From: Candidatus Latescibacterota bacterium
GTDB lineage: Bacteria; Latescibacterota; UBA2968
Assembly: GCA_965207885.1 (NCBI GenBank)
Contig: OZ242311.1
Coordinates: forward strand, 3,392,001-3,456,000
Direction of reading: 5' to 3'
DNA: 64,000 nucleotides
Shown: one piece after another, positions 9,797-19,138 of the stretch
Layout: every line of letters starts with the position of its first letter
Numbering within the stretch: the first letter of the stretch is position 1
The notes under the pieces: generated by a model
Told to the model about the DNA's origin: nothing
Seen by the model: the letters and a program-made list of their open reading frames with translations, nothing else
The model's database searches: none
Translations under genes and position numbers: made by a program

Positions 9797-12591
9797 TACA
9801 CATAGATAAATTCGTTGGAATTAAACAATACCAGACACAAATCAGCCAAAGCCCGCGTCTCAGCCTGCACATCCCATGGTTTGAGATCGGGCACATAGTC
9901 TTCATAAACATCCAGCTTTTCGACAAACTCAAATGCTTCGCCAGTCATCTCTTCAAACATCCTGCGCGTGACATCTGTCGCATATGTTTGAATCTCGGGC
10001 GAATTTTTGTGGTGATACACGACTGCTTTCTCCAAATACCCGACCGCCTTCTGATATTCTTCCACTGTAGGCACGCGCCCCCAGGCCAATTTAAATGCGC
10101 GCTCAATCTGGTCAGCCTCAGATGCGCTTTCCTTTTTCACCCGATGCGCCATTGCCAGAGCCCGGTCATAACTGTTTTGACTGTTAAATAGCGTAAATAC
10201 CTGGGGCGTAATTGTAGATGTTGTCCTCCGTTCACATGATAAATCTGCGGTTGGCTGGTTAAATACTTCCAGCATTGGATCGGGCAGACCGCGATATCGA
10301 TACGCATAAACGGTGCGCCGATTTCGCGTCGTCGGATCTCTCGAAGGCTGGTGAGCAGGCGCAACAGAACCCATCACATGGCGCGGCTGCAAGGCAACTT
10401 CCATATTGATTTCGGGAAAAATCGGCAACCCGCCCATTTCCAGATTCAGTTCGCCGGAAACAAACAGCATCCCATCGCGCAATTCTTCTGCGGTCAAACG
10501 ACGTGGTGAAAAATAGGACAGCAGTTTATTGCTCGGATCTTTTTTTTGCACCTTTTTCCAATCAGGAGGACTTTCCCCACGCTGGTACGTTTCCGAATTC
10601 ATAATCAGCCGATGCATCGTTTTGAAAGACCAGCCGTGCTCGACAAAATACAATGTTAACCAGTCGAGCAATTCTGGATGCGTAGGTTTTTTGCCCATCA
10701 CGCCAAAGTTATTGCTGTTGCCAGCAATGCCATGCCCGAAATGCCATTGCCAGATGCGGTTGACAATCGAACGTGTCGCCAGCGGATTGTTTGAGTTCGC
10801 AATCCAGTTTGCGAGCGCCAATCGTCGCCCATTCGTTGTTTCGGGAATGGTATTCCACGCAGAAGGCTCCAGATCGGCATTTGAGCCGTAAACAGCAGAG
10901 AGTACACCCGGTGAAACCAGCTCTGTTGGCGCATAAACCGAACCCCCGCCGAGGATATGCACTTTTTGGAGTTCACCTTTAAGATTCTCAGGCATCATCA
11001 TCCGTGATTTGACATTTCTGAGTGTGACAAGTGGGCCGTTGTAAATGCTAAGCGCAATGGGTTTGTAGCGATCCTTTTTCCAACTCAAGCGCTGAACCTG
11101 TTTGGCGAGCGCTTTTTGGGTACCCAAATCTTTGTGCGTCAATCCAATAAACCGGGGCAACCGTTTGTCGTCCGGCAATTTGCTTCTTTCCCTTTTGGAC
11201 AGATATTCCATGCCTCGTTCTTCCATCCACTTCCGTGTTGCATCCTCCTCTTTTTTTCTAATCTCTGCCTGTTTGTCGATTGCATTTTGAAGCAAACTTT
11301 CAATGCGCAGTCGCCCAACGCCAAATCTGTTCTGGTTTTCTGCTGGCAAATACGGCACATCGCGTTCGGCTAACTGAACGGGTGCAAAGACAGCCTGCAT
11401 CCGATAGTAGTCTCGCGTTGGAATGGGGTCAACTTTATGGTCGTGACACCTGGCACAACGCAACGGAATCGAGAGAAAGGTCTCACCCACACTGTTGGTC
11501 ACATCGTCGAGAAAAAGCTGACGAGTTTCAGCAGCTACGCTCATTCCGGTCTGTTCCCACGGCCCTGACCGCAAGTACCCCACGGCAATCAACATTTCGG
11601 GATTGTTGGGCTCAAATTCATCTCCAGCCAGTTGTTCAATAACAAACCGGTTGTAGGGCTTGTCAGAGTTGAAAGATCGAATGACATAGTCCCGGTATCG
11701 CCAGGCATTGGGGCGTTCAAAATCATTTGAATACCCGGCTGTATCGGCATAACGCACAACGTCCAGCCAGTTTCGCCCCCATCGCTCACCATACTGAGGA
11801 CTCTTCAGCAAGCGATCAATAACCTTATCAAAAGCTTTTTCAGACGCATCATTTACAAAAGCCTCAATCTCCTCAGGTGTAGGCGGCAATCCTATCAGAT
11901 CAAAGGTCGCGCGCCTGATCAACGTGCGTTTATCGGCTCGACCAGCCGGTGTGATCCCCGCGTCTTGCAATCTTTGATGGACAAAGGCATCTACCGGATT
12001 CTTCGTGTCCACTCCCGTCACGTCCTCTATATTCGGCACAGAATACCGTTGCACTGGCGCAAAAGCCCAGAGATCTTCGGGTTTGTACCGACGCTCCGTC
12101 CATTCTCGGGAAAGTCCGCCGCTTGTTTTTACAGTCACACCGTCTTTGGCAGACCAGGAGTCAGACTCAAGAATTTTCTCCTGAGCCACCCATGGTGCGC
12201 CTCCAAGGATCCACTCTCGCCACACCTTGATCTGCGCATCCGAAAGCCGATCATTCTCTTTGGGCGGCATTTGGAGTGCTCCGTCTTCCCACTTTATGGC
12301 GATGTACATTGCGCTTTCGTCAGGACTACCCGGCACGAGCACGGGTCCAAATGCACTGCCTTTGAGCATCCCCTCACGCGATCTCAAATCCAGATCTGCT
12401 CGCACATCGTCAGGGTTATCGCCGTGACAGGCAAAACACTTTGTCTTCAAAAGCGGCAACACTTCCCGAACAAATAACCTCTCTGCCGCCACAGGCGTCA
12501 CTTCGACTTCACCAGAAGCGGCAACAGAAGTCGATAAGCCCAACAATAACGAAGCAAAAAAATATACGAGCCAGCGCATCGTATCCATCAA
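9793..12591 (-). CDS. planctomycete cytochrome c / DUF1549 / DUF1553 (PSD1) protein
   Basis: Signal peptide, CFACH and CARCH haem motifs, WLDVVRYADT, PTHPELLDWL, FNSNEFIY. Overlaps the start of the DUF1501 gene. Confidence 0.93.
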   Translation of the reverse strand: MMDTMRWLVYFFASLLLGLSTSVAASGEVEVTPVAAERLFVREVLPLLKTKCFACHGDNPDDVRADLDLRSREGMLKGSAFGPVLVPGSPDESAMYIAIKWEDGALQMPPKENDRLSDAQIKVWREWILGGAPWVAQEKILESDSWSAKDGVTVKTSGGLSREWTERRYKPEDLWAFAPVQRYSVPNIEDVTGVDTKNPVDAFVHQRLQDAGITPAGRADKRTLIRRATFDLIGLPPTPEEIEAFVNDASEKAFDKVIDRLLKSPQYGERWGRNWLDVVRYADTAGYSNDFERPNAWRYRDYVIRSFNSDKPYNRFVIEQLAGDEFEPNNPEMLIAVGYLRSGPWEQTGMSVAAETRQLFLDDVTNSVGETFLSIPLRCARCHDHKVDPIPTRDYYRMQAVFAPVQLAERDVPYLPAENQNRFGVGRLRIESLLQNAIDKQAEIRKKEEDATRKWMEERGMEYLSKRERSKLPDDKRLPRFIGLTHKDLGTQKALAKQVQRLSWKKDRYKPIALSIYNGPLVTLRNVKSRMMMPENLKGELQKVHILGGGSVYAPTELVSPGVLSAVYGSNADLEPSAWNTIPETTNGRRLALANWIANSNNPLATRSIVNRIWQWHFGHGIAGNSNNFGVMGKKPTHPELLDWLTLYFVEHGWSFKTMHRLIMNSETYQRGESPPDWKKVQKKDPSNKLLSYFSPRRLTAEELRDGMLFVSGELNLEMGGLPIFPEINMEVALQPRHVMGSVAPAHQPSRDPTTRNRRTVYAYRYRGLPDPMLEVFNQPTADLSCERRTTSTITPQVFTLFNSQNSYDRALAMAHRVKKESASEADQIERAFKLAWGRVPTVEEYQKAVGYLEKAVVYHHKNSPEIQTYATDVTRRMFEEMTGEAFEFVEKLDVYEDYVPDLKPWDVQAETRALADLCLVLFNSNEFIYVY

Positions 12592-12726
12592 CCCTTAAGA
12601 AAATGCAGAAAAAACGCGTTCAGTGAAAAGTTTTATGGGTGTCATCGCTCCCTGGTTAATATAAATCGTCCACTGGAAATGACAAGGAACATCATCACCG
12701 ATTGAGCGCAGTAATCAAAGTCAAAA

Positions 12727-12758
12727 GGTCGTGAGAACTAATCTCACGACCCTTTTTT
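12727..12758 (+). terminator. rho-independent terminator-like hairpin with no upstream + strand gene
   Basis: GGTCGTGAGA-actaa-TCTCACGACC followed by cTTTTTT. Confidence 0.65.
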
Positions 12759-12777
12759 ATTAGGATGCGCAATGAAT

Positions 12778-12806
12778 GGAACGCGCCACGAATTTCTGCT
12801 GTCAAA
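12778..12806 (+). promoter_or_regulatory. putative RpoE-like ECF promoter of the multicopper oxidase
   Basis: GGAAC-N18-GTCAAA about 60 bp upstream of ATG 12868. Resembles the sigmaE consensus GGAACTT...GTCAAA. Confidence 0.4.
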
Positions 12807-12867
12807 TAAGATGTCACACCACTCGCGCACAAGCGCGCAACGCGGATCACCCATATAAGGAGAAAGC

Positions 12868-14835
12868 ATGCCTGCAAATACGGCGACCAGGTCCCGACGG
12901 CTGAAGCCAATCACAATAGAACTGTTGATTATCTTACTGTTATTGGGCGTGACCTGTTACTGGCTGTTGTTCATCCGAGCTACAAACAGTGGGTTGACCT
13001 TTGAGAATAAACTGCTGATTCCCGAACAGTTATTTGGAACTGTTGTGGATGGACGGCGGCAGTTTCACCTGACCGTTGCAGAAGGAAGCCGAGAGTTCTT
13101 GCCAGGCAAACAAACACCGACAGCTGGCGTTAACGGACCGTTTCTGGGACCGACACTGCGACTGCGTCGAGGCGAAGATGTCGATCTGATCGTCCAGAAC
13201 AACCTGGATGAAATAACGACAATGCACTGGCACGGAATGTACGTTCCCGCTCGCATGGACGGCACACCACATCAGAAAATCGAGCCTGGAGAATCATGGA
13301 CTGCCAGCTTTCCGGTCGATCAACAGGCCGCTCCGTTATGGTACCACCCGCATCCGCATGGCAGTACGGGGCGGCAGGTCTATCGGGGAGTCGCTGGCCT
13401 CATGTGGATCGATGACGATAACAGTGATGCGCTGGACCTGCCAAAGACCTACGGCGTTGACGACATTCCACTCGTGCTCCAGGACCGACTATTTGACAAC
13501 GATGGTGCGTTTCGCTTTGCCCGCAACCAGGGTGCTGTCTTTGGAAACACCATGCTGATCAATGGAACCTGGAATCCATTTCTCCAGGTTGAGTCGCGTC
13601 GCATTCGATTCAGACTGTTAAACGGCTCGAATGCGCGTATCTACTACATCGGCTTTGACGACAACCGAGAGTTTCATCAGATCGCCACAGATGGCGGATT
13701 CCTCGAGACGCCTCTCCAAACCAACCGCGTGATCCTCGCACCCGGCGAGCGAGCCGAGATCCTAATTGACTTCAGCGACGGTGCTGAAGTAGTGTTGAAA
13801 AGCTACCCGGAAGCAGGATTGCAGAGAACGATTATATCGTTTTTATGGGGGCACGGCACGGGGAATCTGCAATTGTTAAAGATCATTCCCCGACCGACAA
13901 ATCGTGCATCTCATGCACTGCCAGAGCGCCTCAACACCATCTCCCGCATCGATCCCTCACTCGCCGCCAAAACCCGTCCGATGGTTTTGGCTGGACCCCG
14001 ACAAGGTGGTCGAGGGGGACGAGGGGGACGACTACAAAACATACAACAACGCATCACCCGGAATCTGGAGGCACTACAAGGCGGACGAGAAGGACGGGGA
14101 GGTCGAGGAGGTCGAGGAGGTCGAGGAGGGCCACCGATCAACGGCAAGACAATGGATATGGCGAGAATTGATGAGGTCGTGCGATTGGGAGACATTGAGA
14201 TTTGGGAAGTGCACAATCGCGGCGGTCAGCCTCACCCTTTCCACCTCCATCCGGCCCAGTTTCAAATTCTCGACCGCAACGGCCAACCATCCACCAGTGC
14301 CGACCTCGGCTGGAAAGACACAGTCCTGGTGCCTCCAGGTGATCTCGTTCGGATCATCATGGCCTTCGAGCGATATGCTGACCCTCAGGTACCATACATG
14401 TACCACTGCCACATCCTGGAACACGAAGACAACGGGATGATGGGACAGTTCCTGGTTGTGGAAGAGCCAGAGCAACTCAGCTTGATCACTGGCAAGACGA
14501 CCGTCGTCACATTCATCACTGGCGTTCAATGCGGGCATTGTTACGAGCACGCGCGTTTGTTCGACGAGGTGCTTCGGGAGAACGACATCAATCTGGTGAT
14601 CATCACGCCAGAATCCGATCCAGACCAGGAGAGAGTTGCTGCGCTGTCGTCGAGCCTAATCTCAGACACTGCTGGCAAATGGGCAGGTTGGTTTGGAATG
14701 GCCCACACCGGCCCAACGCACGGCACAGTCCTGCTGGATACGACCGGCGAGGTCGTCTGGAGGTCCACAGCCCCCGAACCATACATGGATGTCCATGATC
14801 TCGTGAACCGTGCGAAAAATCTGCCGGGCACATAA
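12868..14835 (+). CDS. membrane-anchored multicopper oxidase (CueO-like) with RGG-rich insert and C-terminal thioredoxin/AhpC-like domain
   Basis: HWHG, WYHPHPH, HPFHLH and YHCHILEHEDNGMM copper motifs. N-terminal TM helix. C-terminal CGHC. Confidence 0.92.
   Translation: MPANTATRSRRLKPITIELLIILLLLGVTCYWLLFIRATNSGLTFENKLLIPEQLFGTVVDGRRQFHLTVAEGSREFLPGKQTPTAGVNGPFLGPTLRLRRGEDVDLIVQNNLDEITTMHWHGMYVPARMDGTPHQKIEPGESWTASFPVDQQAAPLWYHPHPHGSTGRQVYRGVAGLMWIDDDNSDALDLPKTYGVDDIPLVLQDRLFDNDGAFRFARNQGAVFGNTMLINGTWNPFLQVESRRIRFRLLNGSNARIYYIGFDDNREFHQIATDGGFLETPLQTNRVILAPGERAEILIDFSDGAEVVLKSYPEAGLQRTIISFLWGHGTGNLQLLKIIPRPTNRASHALPERLNTISRIDPSLAAKTRPMVLAGPRQGGRGGRGGRLQNIQQRITRNLEALQGGREGRGGRGGRGGRGGPPINGKTMDMARIDEVVRLGDIEIWEVHNRGGQPHPFHLHPAQFQILDRNGQPSTSADLGWKDTVLVPPGDLVRIIMAFERYADPQVPYMYHCHILEHEDNGMMGQFLVVEEPEQLSLITGKTTVVTFITGVQCGHCYEHARLFDEVLRENDINLVIITPESDPDQERVAALSSSLISDTAGKWAGWFGMAHTGPTHGTVLLDTTGEVVWRSTAPEPYMDVHDLVNRAKNLPGT
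14098..14124 (+). repeat. 9-bp tandem repeat (GGAGGTCGA)x3 encoding GGR repeats
   Basis: Read directly from the sequence. Confidence 0.85.
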
Positions 14836-14937
14836 AGACAACTTTATCTTCAGCTTGCAGTTGCGCCTTTAAATATGTAAGTTGTGCACACAAATAAAAA
14901 ATCACCGAGCACTGATATAAAACAAGGAGAATCTATT

Positions 14938-16272
14938 ATGAAGCTCACCCTGATACTCGGTCTCCTGCCCCTTGCGCTTATTTCCTGGGCCACAACGGCC
15001 GAGGCCAGATATCAGGAAGCCATGGACCCAAACGGTTTTGTGAAAAACCTCGATTCCGATTACGGCCTGGTCGATGACGGTGCAAAAACCAACCAGAGTG
15101 CGCTTTTGCAGAAGGCGATCAACGACGTCGCAGCCGCAGGCGGTGGACGGCTTATTATTCCGAAAGGCACCTATCGTTTTGCAAAAGTCTATCTCAAATC
15201 GAATGTACACCTGTTGATCGAAAAAGATACAGTCATCAAGCCCTATTGGCCAGAAGGTACAAAAACCGTTATTTTCATCCTGGACTATGAGGATACATCC
15301 AGGAGGGGACCTAAGCAAAGGGGAAATGAATTTATTGAGAACGTCAGCATTAGGGGACTCGGCGGACGGTTCATCGTCGATTATTCCGACCGGGAGCGGC
15401 GGGAAGAAGAGGGCATCCGCACCGTCTTGTGCAGAATGGTCAGAAATTTCCTCATCTCCGATCTCGATATAAAAGATAACTTCACGGTCTATTGTGGGTT
15501 GACGATGACTCCTACACGGTCGCGCAACGAAAATGTGAAACATTGGGAGATCTCTCGCGCTACCGATGGAACCATCCGAAATTGCCGCATCTTCAACGCC
15601 AGTCCGGGATATGGACTCGTCCAATTACACGGCGCACAATCGTTGCACTTCGAAGATCTTTATGCAAAGGGAGGCGTCACCTTGAGGCTCGAGACGGGGG
15701 CAGTGGGAGATCACACGGCAGTTTACGACATTACAGCCAGAAACATCACCTCTGAAAATGGCCGCTGTGCTGTCATGCTTGGACCTCACAGCGCGAACAA
15801 TGGATTGGTTCATGTCGATGGTGCCACGTCCAAAAGCAGTACATATGCGGTCACCATAGGCCGGGGGAACGTCAAGAAGGCTGAACAGGCGAGAAATCCC
15901 GACGCAAAACCCGGACGCTTTGCCGATGGGTGTTCCATCAAAAATATTCACGCGATTTTTGGGAAAGATGCGCAGGTAAAAACACACGAAATGATGAATA
16001 TTCCGGAAGAATACTACGATGATCTGAGGCTAAGAAAGGTCACAAAATTCTTTGATGGACCATCGATCGGGGCGGTAAAGGATTACACCAATGGAACGTA
16101 TCGCGTCGATATCGAGAATGTGACCCTTGAGGGATTTAAGTACAACGCTGATAAGAAGATCCTGACCCCAGAAGACGCCAGACCGGGCAAATGGGGACAA
16201 GCCCTCAGAAAATGGAAGGCTGACCGGGGTATCCCTATTGAACCCAAGAGAGCCTCAAATTCGGGAAAATAG
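14938..16272 (+). CDS. GH82 iota-carrageenase-like secreted beta-helix protein
   Basis: Signal peptide, then LQKAINDV..GGGRLIIPKGTY..LKSNVHL. GYGLVQLHGA...GGVTLRLETG resembles the GYGLIQ...GGIALRMETD segment of iota-carrageenase CgiA, as recalled. Confidence 0.75.
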   Translation: MKLTLILGLLPLALISWATTAEARYQEAMDPNGFVKNLDSDYGLVDDGAKTNQSALLQKAINDVAAAGGGRLIIPKGTYRFAKVYLKSNVHLLIEKDTVIKPYWPEGTKTVIFILDYEDTSRRGPKQRGNEFIENVSIRGLGGRFIVDYSDRERREEEGIRTVLCRMVRNFLISDLDIKDNFTVYCGLTMTPTRSRNENVKHWEISRATDGTIRNCRIFNASPGYGLVQLHGAQSLHFEDLYAKGGVTLRLETGAVGDHTAVYDITARNITSENGRCAVMLGPHSANNGLVHVDGATSKSSTYAVTIGRGNVKKAEQARNPDAKPGRFADGCSIKNIHAIFGKDAQVKTHEMMNIPEEYYDDLRLRKVTKFFDGPSIGAVKDYTNGTYRVDIENVTLEGFKYNADKKILTPEDARPGKWGQALRKWKADRGIPIEPKRASNSGK

Positions 16273-16275
16273 CTT

Positions 16276-17328
16276 TTAGCCCGTTACCTTTTCTGCTGCC
16301 ACAATCTCCTGCATGTCCCGGTCAAACGACGCTCCGTCGAACGGCACGACGACGATCTTGCTGGCGTGATTATCGTTTCCCAGGTCTTCCGCTTTCTTCA
16401 CATCAATGACCGAGAAGATGAAGTGCGTGACGTGGCCGTCTTCGACATATGCGGTCGGACGCTCCACCATCTCCCAGTGGTTCACAGTTCCATCTGTATA
16501 GCGAAATACCATGGCTTCTTTGCGGAAGGCAACGCCCCGATACGTCCAGTTATGAATACCATCTTCGGACGTAAAGTGATAAGATATCCCGGTAGGCCAA
16601 TGGTTGTACACAATGTGATACAGGCCGCCGCTGTACCAGACAGTGGGGTCCTCATTCCGCGTCTGAGGCAACTCTGGATATTTATCGTACAATCGATCGC
16701 TTATGATCTTATAAGGTCCCAGAATGCCGCTTTCGCTGATCAGGGTAGCAGTGGACCGGGGAACAATCATGTATCTCCCATCTGGTCGCAGCAGGATTTT
16801 GACATTGGCCATGCGGCCGTTCCTTTCATAGCGGGCAAGCGCCGGATCAAATCCGTTGAAATCTACCTTGATCCTGCCGAGCAGTTCAAACGGGCCGTCT
16901 GGCGATTCGGAAACAAAGACCTCTCCATGGGTAATCTCGCTTGTCACCGTGGCGTACCGACCGTCGTGCATCCTCAGTCCGATCACATTGTGTCCCTTAC
17001 CGCCCTGCCAGTGGGGCCAGAGAAGGCCCTTGTCTTCATAGGGACCCATAACGTGATCGCTGACAGCGTGTATGCCCTTTGAGTCTTCTTTCCAGCCTGT
17101 GCGGTGCGTAAAGGAGTGATGCCAGCGGCTGGCATAGATATGATAGCGCCCCTCATCGTCCTTCACGATCTTACCGTCCCAGTAGCACCAGTTCTCCAGT
17201 CTGGCATCCTCCAGCCCGTTGTGGATATCGCGCGGCAACACATTCGAATCGCCCCAGACTCCCTCGAAAACCAGAGGTCTCCGAGGCTCCATGGGAAGGA
17301 AGTAGTCAATCAGGGTTTTTGCTGTCAT
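16276..17328 (-). CDS. glycoside hydrolase, GH43/clan F-J-like five-bladed beta-propeller
   Basis: YWDG, YHIYASRW, AVSDHVMGPY, EDPTVW, ERPT motifs. Confidence 0.65.
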   Translation of the reverse strand: MTAKTLIDYFLPMEPRRPLVFEGVWGDSNVLPRDIHNGLEDARLENWCYWDGKIVKDDEGRYHIYASRWHHSFTHRTGWKEDSKGIHAVSDHVMGPYEDKGLLWPHWQGGKGHNVIGLRMHDGRYATVTSEITHGEVFVSESPDGPFELLGRIKVDFNGFDPALARYERNGRMANVKILLRPDGRYMIVPRSTATLISESGILGPYKIISDRLYDKYPELPQTRNEDPTVWYSGGLYHIVYNHWPTGISYHFTSEDGIHNWTYRGVAFRKEAMVFRYTDGTVNHWEMVERPTAYVEDGHVTHFIFSVIDVKKAEDLGNDNHASKIVVVPFDGASFDRDMQEIVAAEKVTG

Positions 17329-17360
17329 ACAATCTCCTTTACATCAGTCGCTTGAAGTTC

Positions 17361-17766
17361 TCAGTCAAGGCCCATCACCTCGCGGACGCAGGGAAATTCT
17401 CGCCAGATGTCGGTAAAGCAGTCGTTGCCATTTTTTGCACAATCAACATGGCTCATGTGGGCAATTGTGGCATAGCGAATGTTGGGAGAAGCATTGGGGC
17501 TGGCGCAGTGATACACCAAAAAATGAGCGAGAATTAGATCCCCTGCCTGACCGGTGATCATGTGCGGTGGCTCGGGCTGGTCGATACGTGGCTGTCCATT
17601 GGAGAGAATTTCAACGCCCTCCTGATTGAGATAGTCTTCATAGACGTGATGGGACCCGGGCCAGACAGTGAAATTCCCACTATAAGGCTCGGGTACATCG
17701 GCGAGATAGATGATGCCAAAGCAGGTAAAGCCCCGGTGATAGGAACCTTTTGGTTTGCCGTTTCTC
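17361..17766 (-). pseudogene. C-terminal remnant of a PhyH-family dioxygenase
   Basis: IYLADVPEPYSGNFTVWPGSHH...GQAGDLILAHFLVYHCASPN. The N-terminal HxD region is missing and the fragment abuts the stop codon of the upstream sulfatase. Confidence 0.75.
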
Positions 17767-19131
17767 CTATTGTGGTTCCGCATTGTGTTTTGGCAACCAG
17801 GATGACAGTTCTTGTTTGACCGAAACATACGCTTCCCGATCTGCCAGATTGTGGAACTCTTTCCCATCGTTTTGATGGTCGTATAATTCTTCCGAGCCGT
17901 CTTCATATCGGATATAACGCCATCTATCCGATCTTATTGCATGGTTATTGAATCCCTGTGTACAGACCACTGCGCGATGGGTCTCTTCCTCTGGATTATG
18001 CAGCAAAGGGACCAGACTCACGCCATCGAAGTCTCCTGATATTTTGCCGCCAGACAATTCGATCAGCGTGGGATAAATATCGAGCAGGCTGACAGCCTGC
18101 TTGCAGACCTTGCCCGAAGCAATCTCTCCAGGCGCAGCTATGATCATCGGTACCCGCGTGGTCTGCTCCCACAATGCGAATTTCTCCCAATGCTCCTTTT
18201 GCCCCAGATGATATCCATTGTCTGACCACAAAACAAGAATGGTATTTTTGGCGTGAGGCCCGTTTTGAAGTGCAGCTAATAGACGCCCAATCATGTCGTC
18301 GGTAAAACTGACAGCCGCATGATATGCCTGAACAGCCTCTTTCCATTTGTCATTTTCAACCATCCATTTGTGCCATGTACGCCTGGCCATAGCCTGACCT
18401 GCTTCTGGTACATCATCAAGATCATTTTCAAGAACCTCAGGTACCGCAACTTCGTCATAGGGATGTCTCTCGAAATACTCACCTGGCACGTACCAGGGAA
18501 TATGTGGTCGATAGATCCCCACGGCCAGAAACAAAGGTTGACCATGGTCTTGAGACAGTTGTTGTTCTGCCCACGACACGACTTTGGCATCGGCCATTTC
18601 ACCCGTTTCAATATCCAATGCCGCCCAATCAAAATATCCGCGATAAAACTTTTTGCTCCCATTTACAGGCCAAATATCTGGCGCGACTTCCTGAGGCATT
18701 TGACGGTTCTTCGATGGAAAGTATTCGTCCCAGGGGCGGGGATCGAGATATCCCATATACATCTTTTCGCTCAAGGTCGCCCCGTGGTACACCTTTCCGC
18801 CGCCAAGGGTTTTGTACCCCTTGTCCTTGAAATATTGAGGCAGTGTAACCCTATCTTTCAGGCTCTTACATTTTCTCCAGTCCTGCCTATTGAGATACAC
18901 GCCCGATGTTGATGGAGCCAATCCGGTCATCACACTTACACGCGAAGGATTGCAGGCAGGCGCTGCACAATGTGCATTGGTGAAATACACGCCCTTTTGG
19001 GCAAGCACATTCATATTGGGAGTATGAACAGATGTTTCTCCGTTCATCGCATCGGGACAGCCACACAGATCGTCAATGGCAATAAAGAGCACATTGGGTT
19101 GATTGCTTTTATTTGCTTTGGTGTCTGCCAT
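17767..19131 (-). CDS. sulfatase (iduronate-2-sulfatase/choline-sulfatase-like)
   Basis: NVLFIAIDDL, CNPSR, GIYRPHIPW, WSDNGYHLGQK motifs. Confidence 0.92.
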   Translation of the reverse strand: MADTKANKSNQPNVLFIAIDDLCGCPDAMNGETSVHTPNMNVLAQKGVYFTNAHCAAPACNPSRVSVMTGLAPSTSGVYLNRQDWRKCKSLKDRVTLPQYFKDKGYKTLGGGKVYHGATLSEKMYMGYLDPRPWDEYFPSKNRQMPQEVAPDIWPVNGSKKFYRGYFDWAALDIETGEMADAKVVSWAEQQLSQDHGQPLFLAVGIYRPHIPWYVPGEYFERHPYDEVAVPEVLENDLDDVPEAGQAMARRTWHKWMVENDKWKEAVQAYHAAVSFTDDMIGRLLAALQNGPHAKNTILVLWSDNGYHLGQKEHWEKFALWEQTTRVPMIIAAPGEIASGKVCKQAVSLLDIYPTLIELSGGKISGDFDGVSLVPLLHNPEEETHRAVVCTQGFNNHAIRSDRWRYIRYEDGSEELYDHQNDGKEFHNLADREAYVSVKQELSSWLPKHNAEPQ

Positions 19132-19138
19132 GAACTGC

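Noticed and set aside
17361-17906. 181-aa ORF as an intact gene
   Set aside because: Its first ~46 codons are an alternative frame of the sulfatase 3' end. Only the PhyH C-terminal remnant is real.
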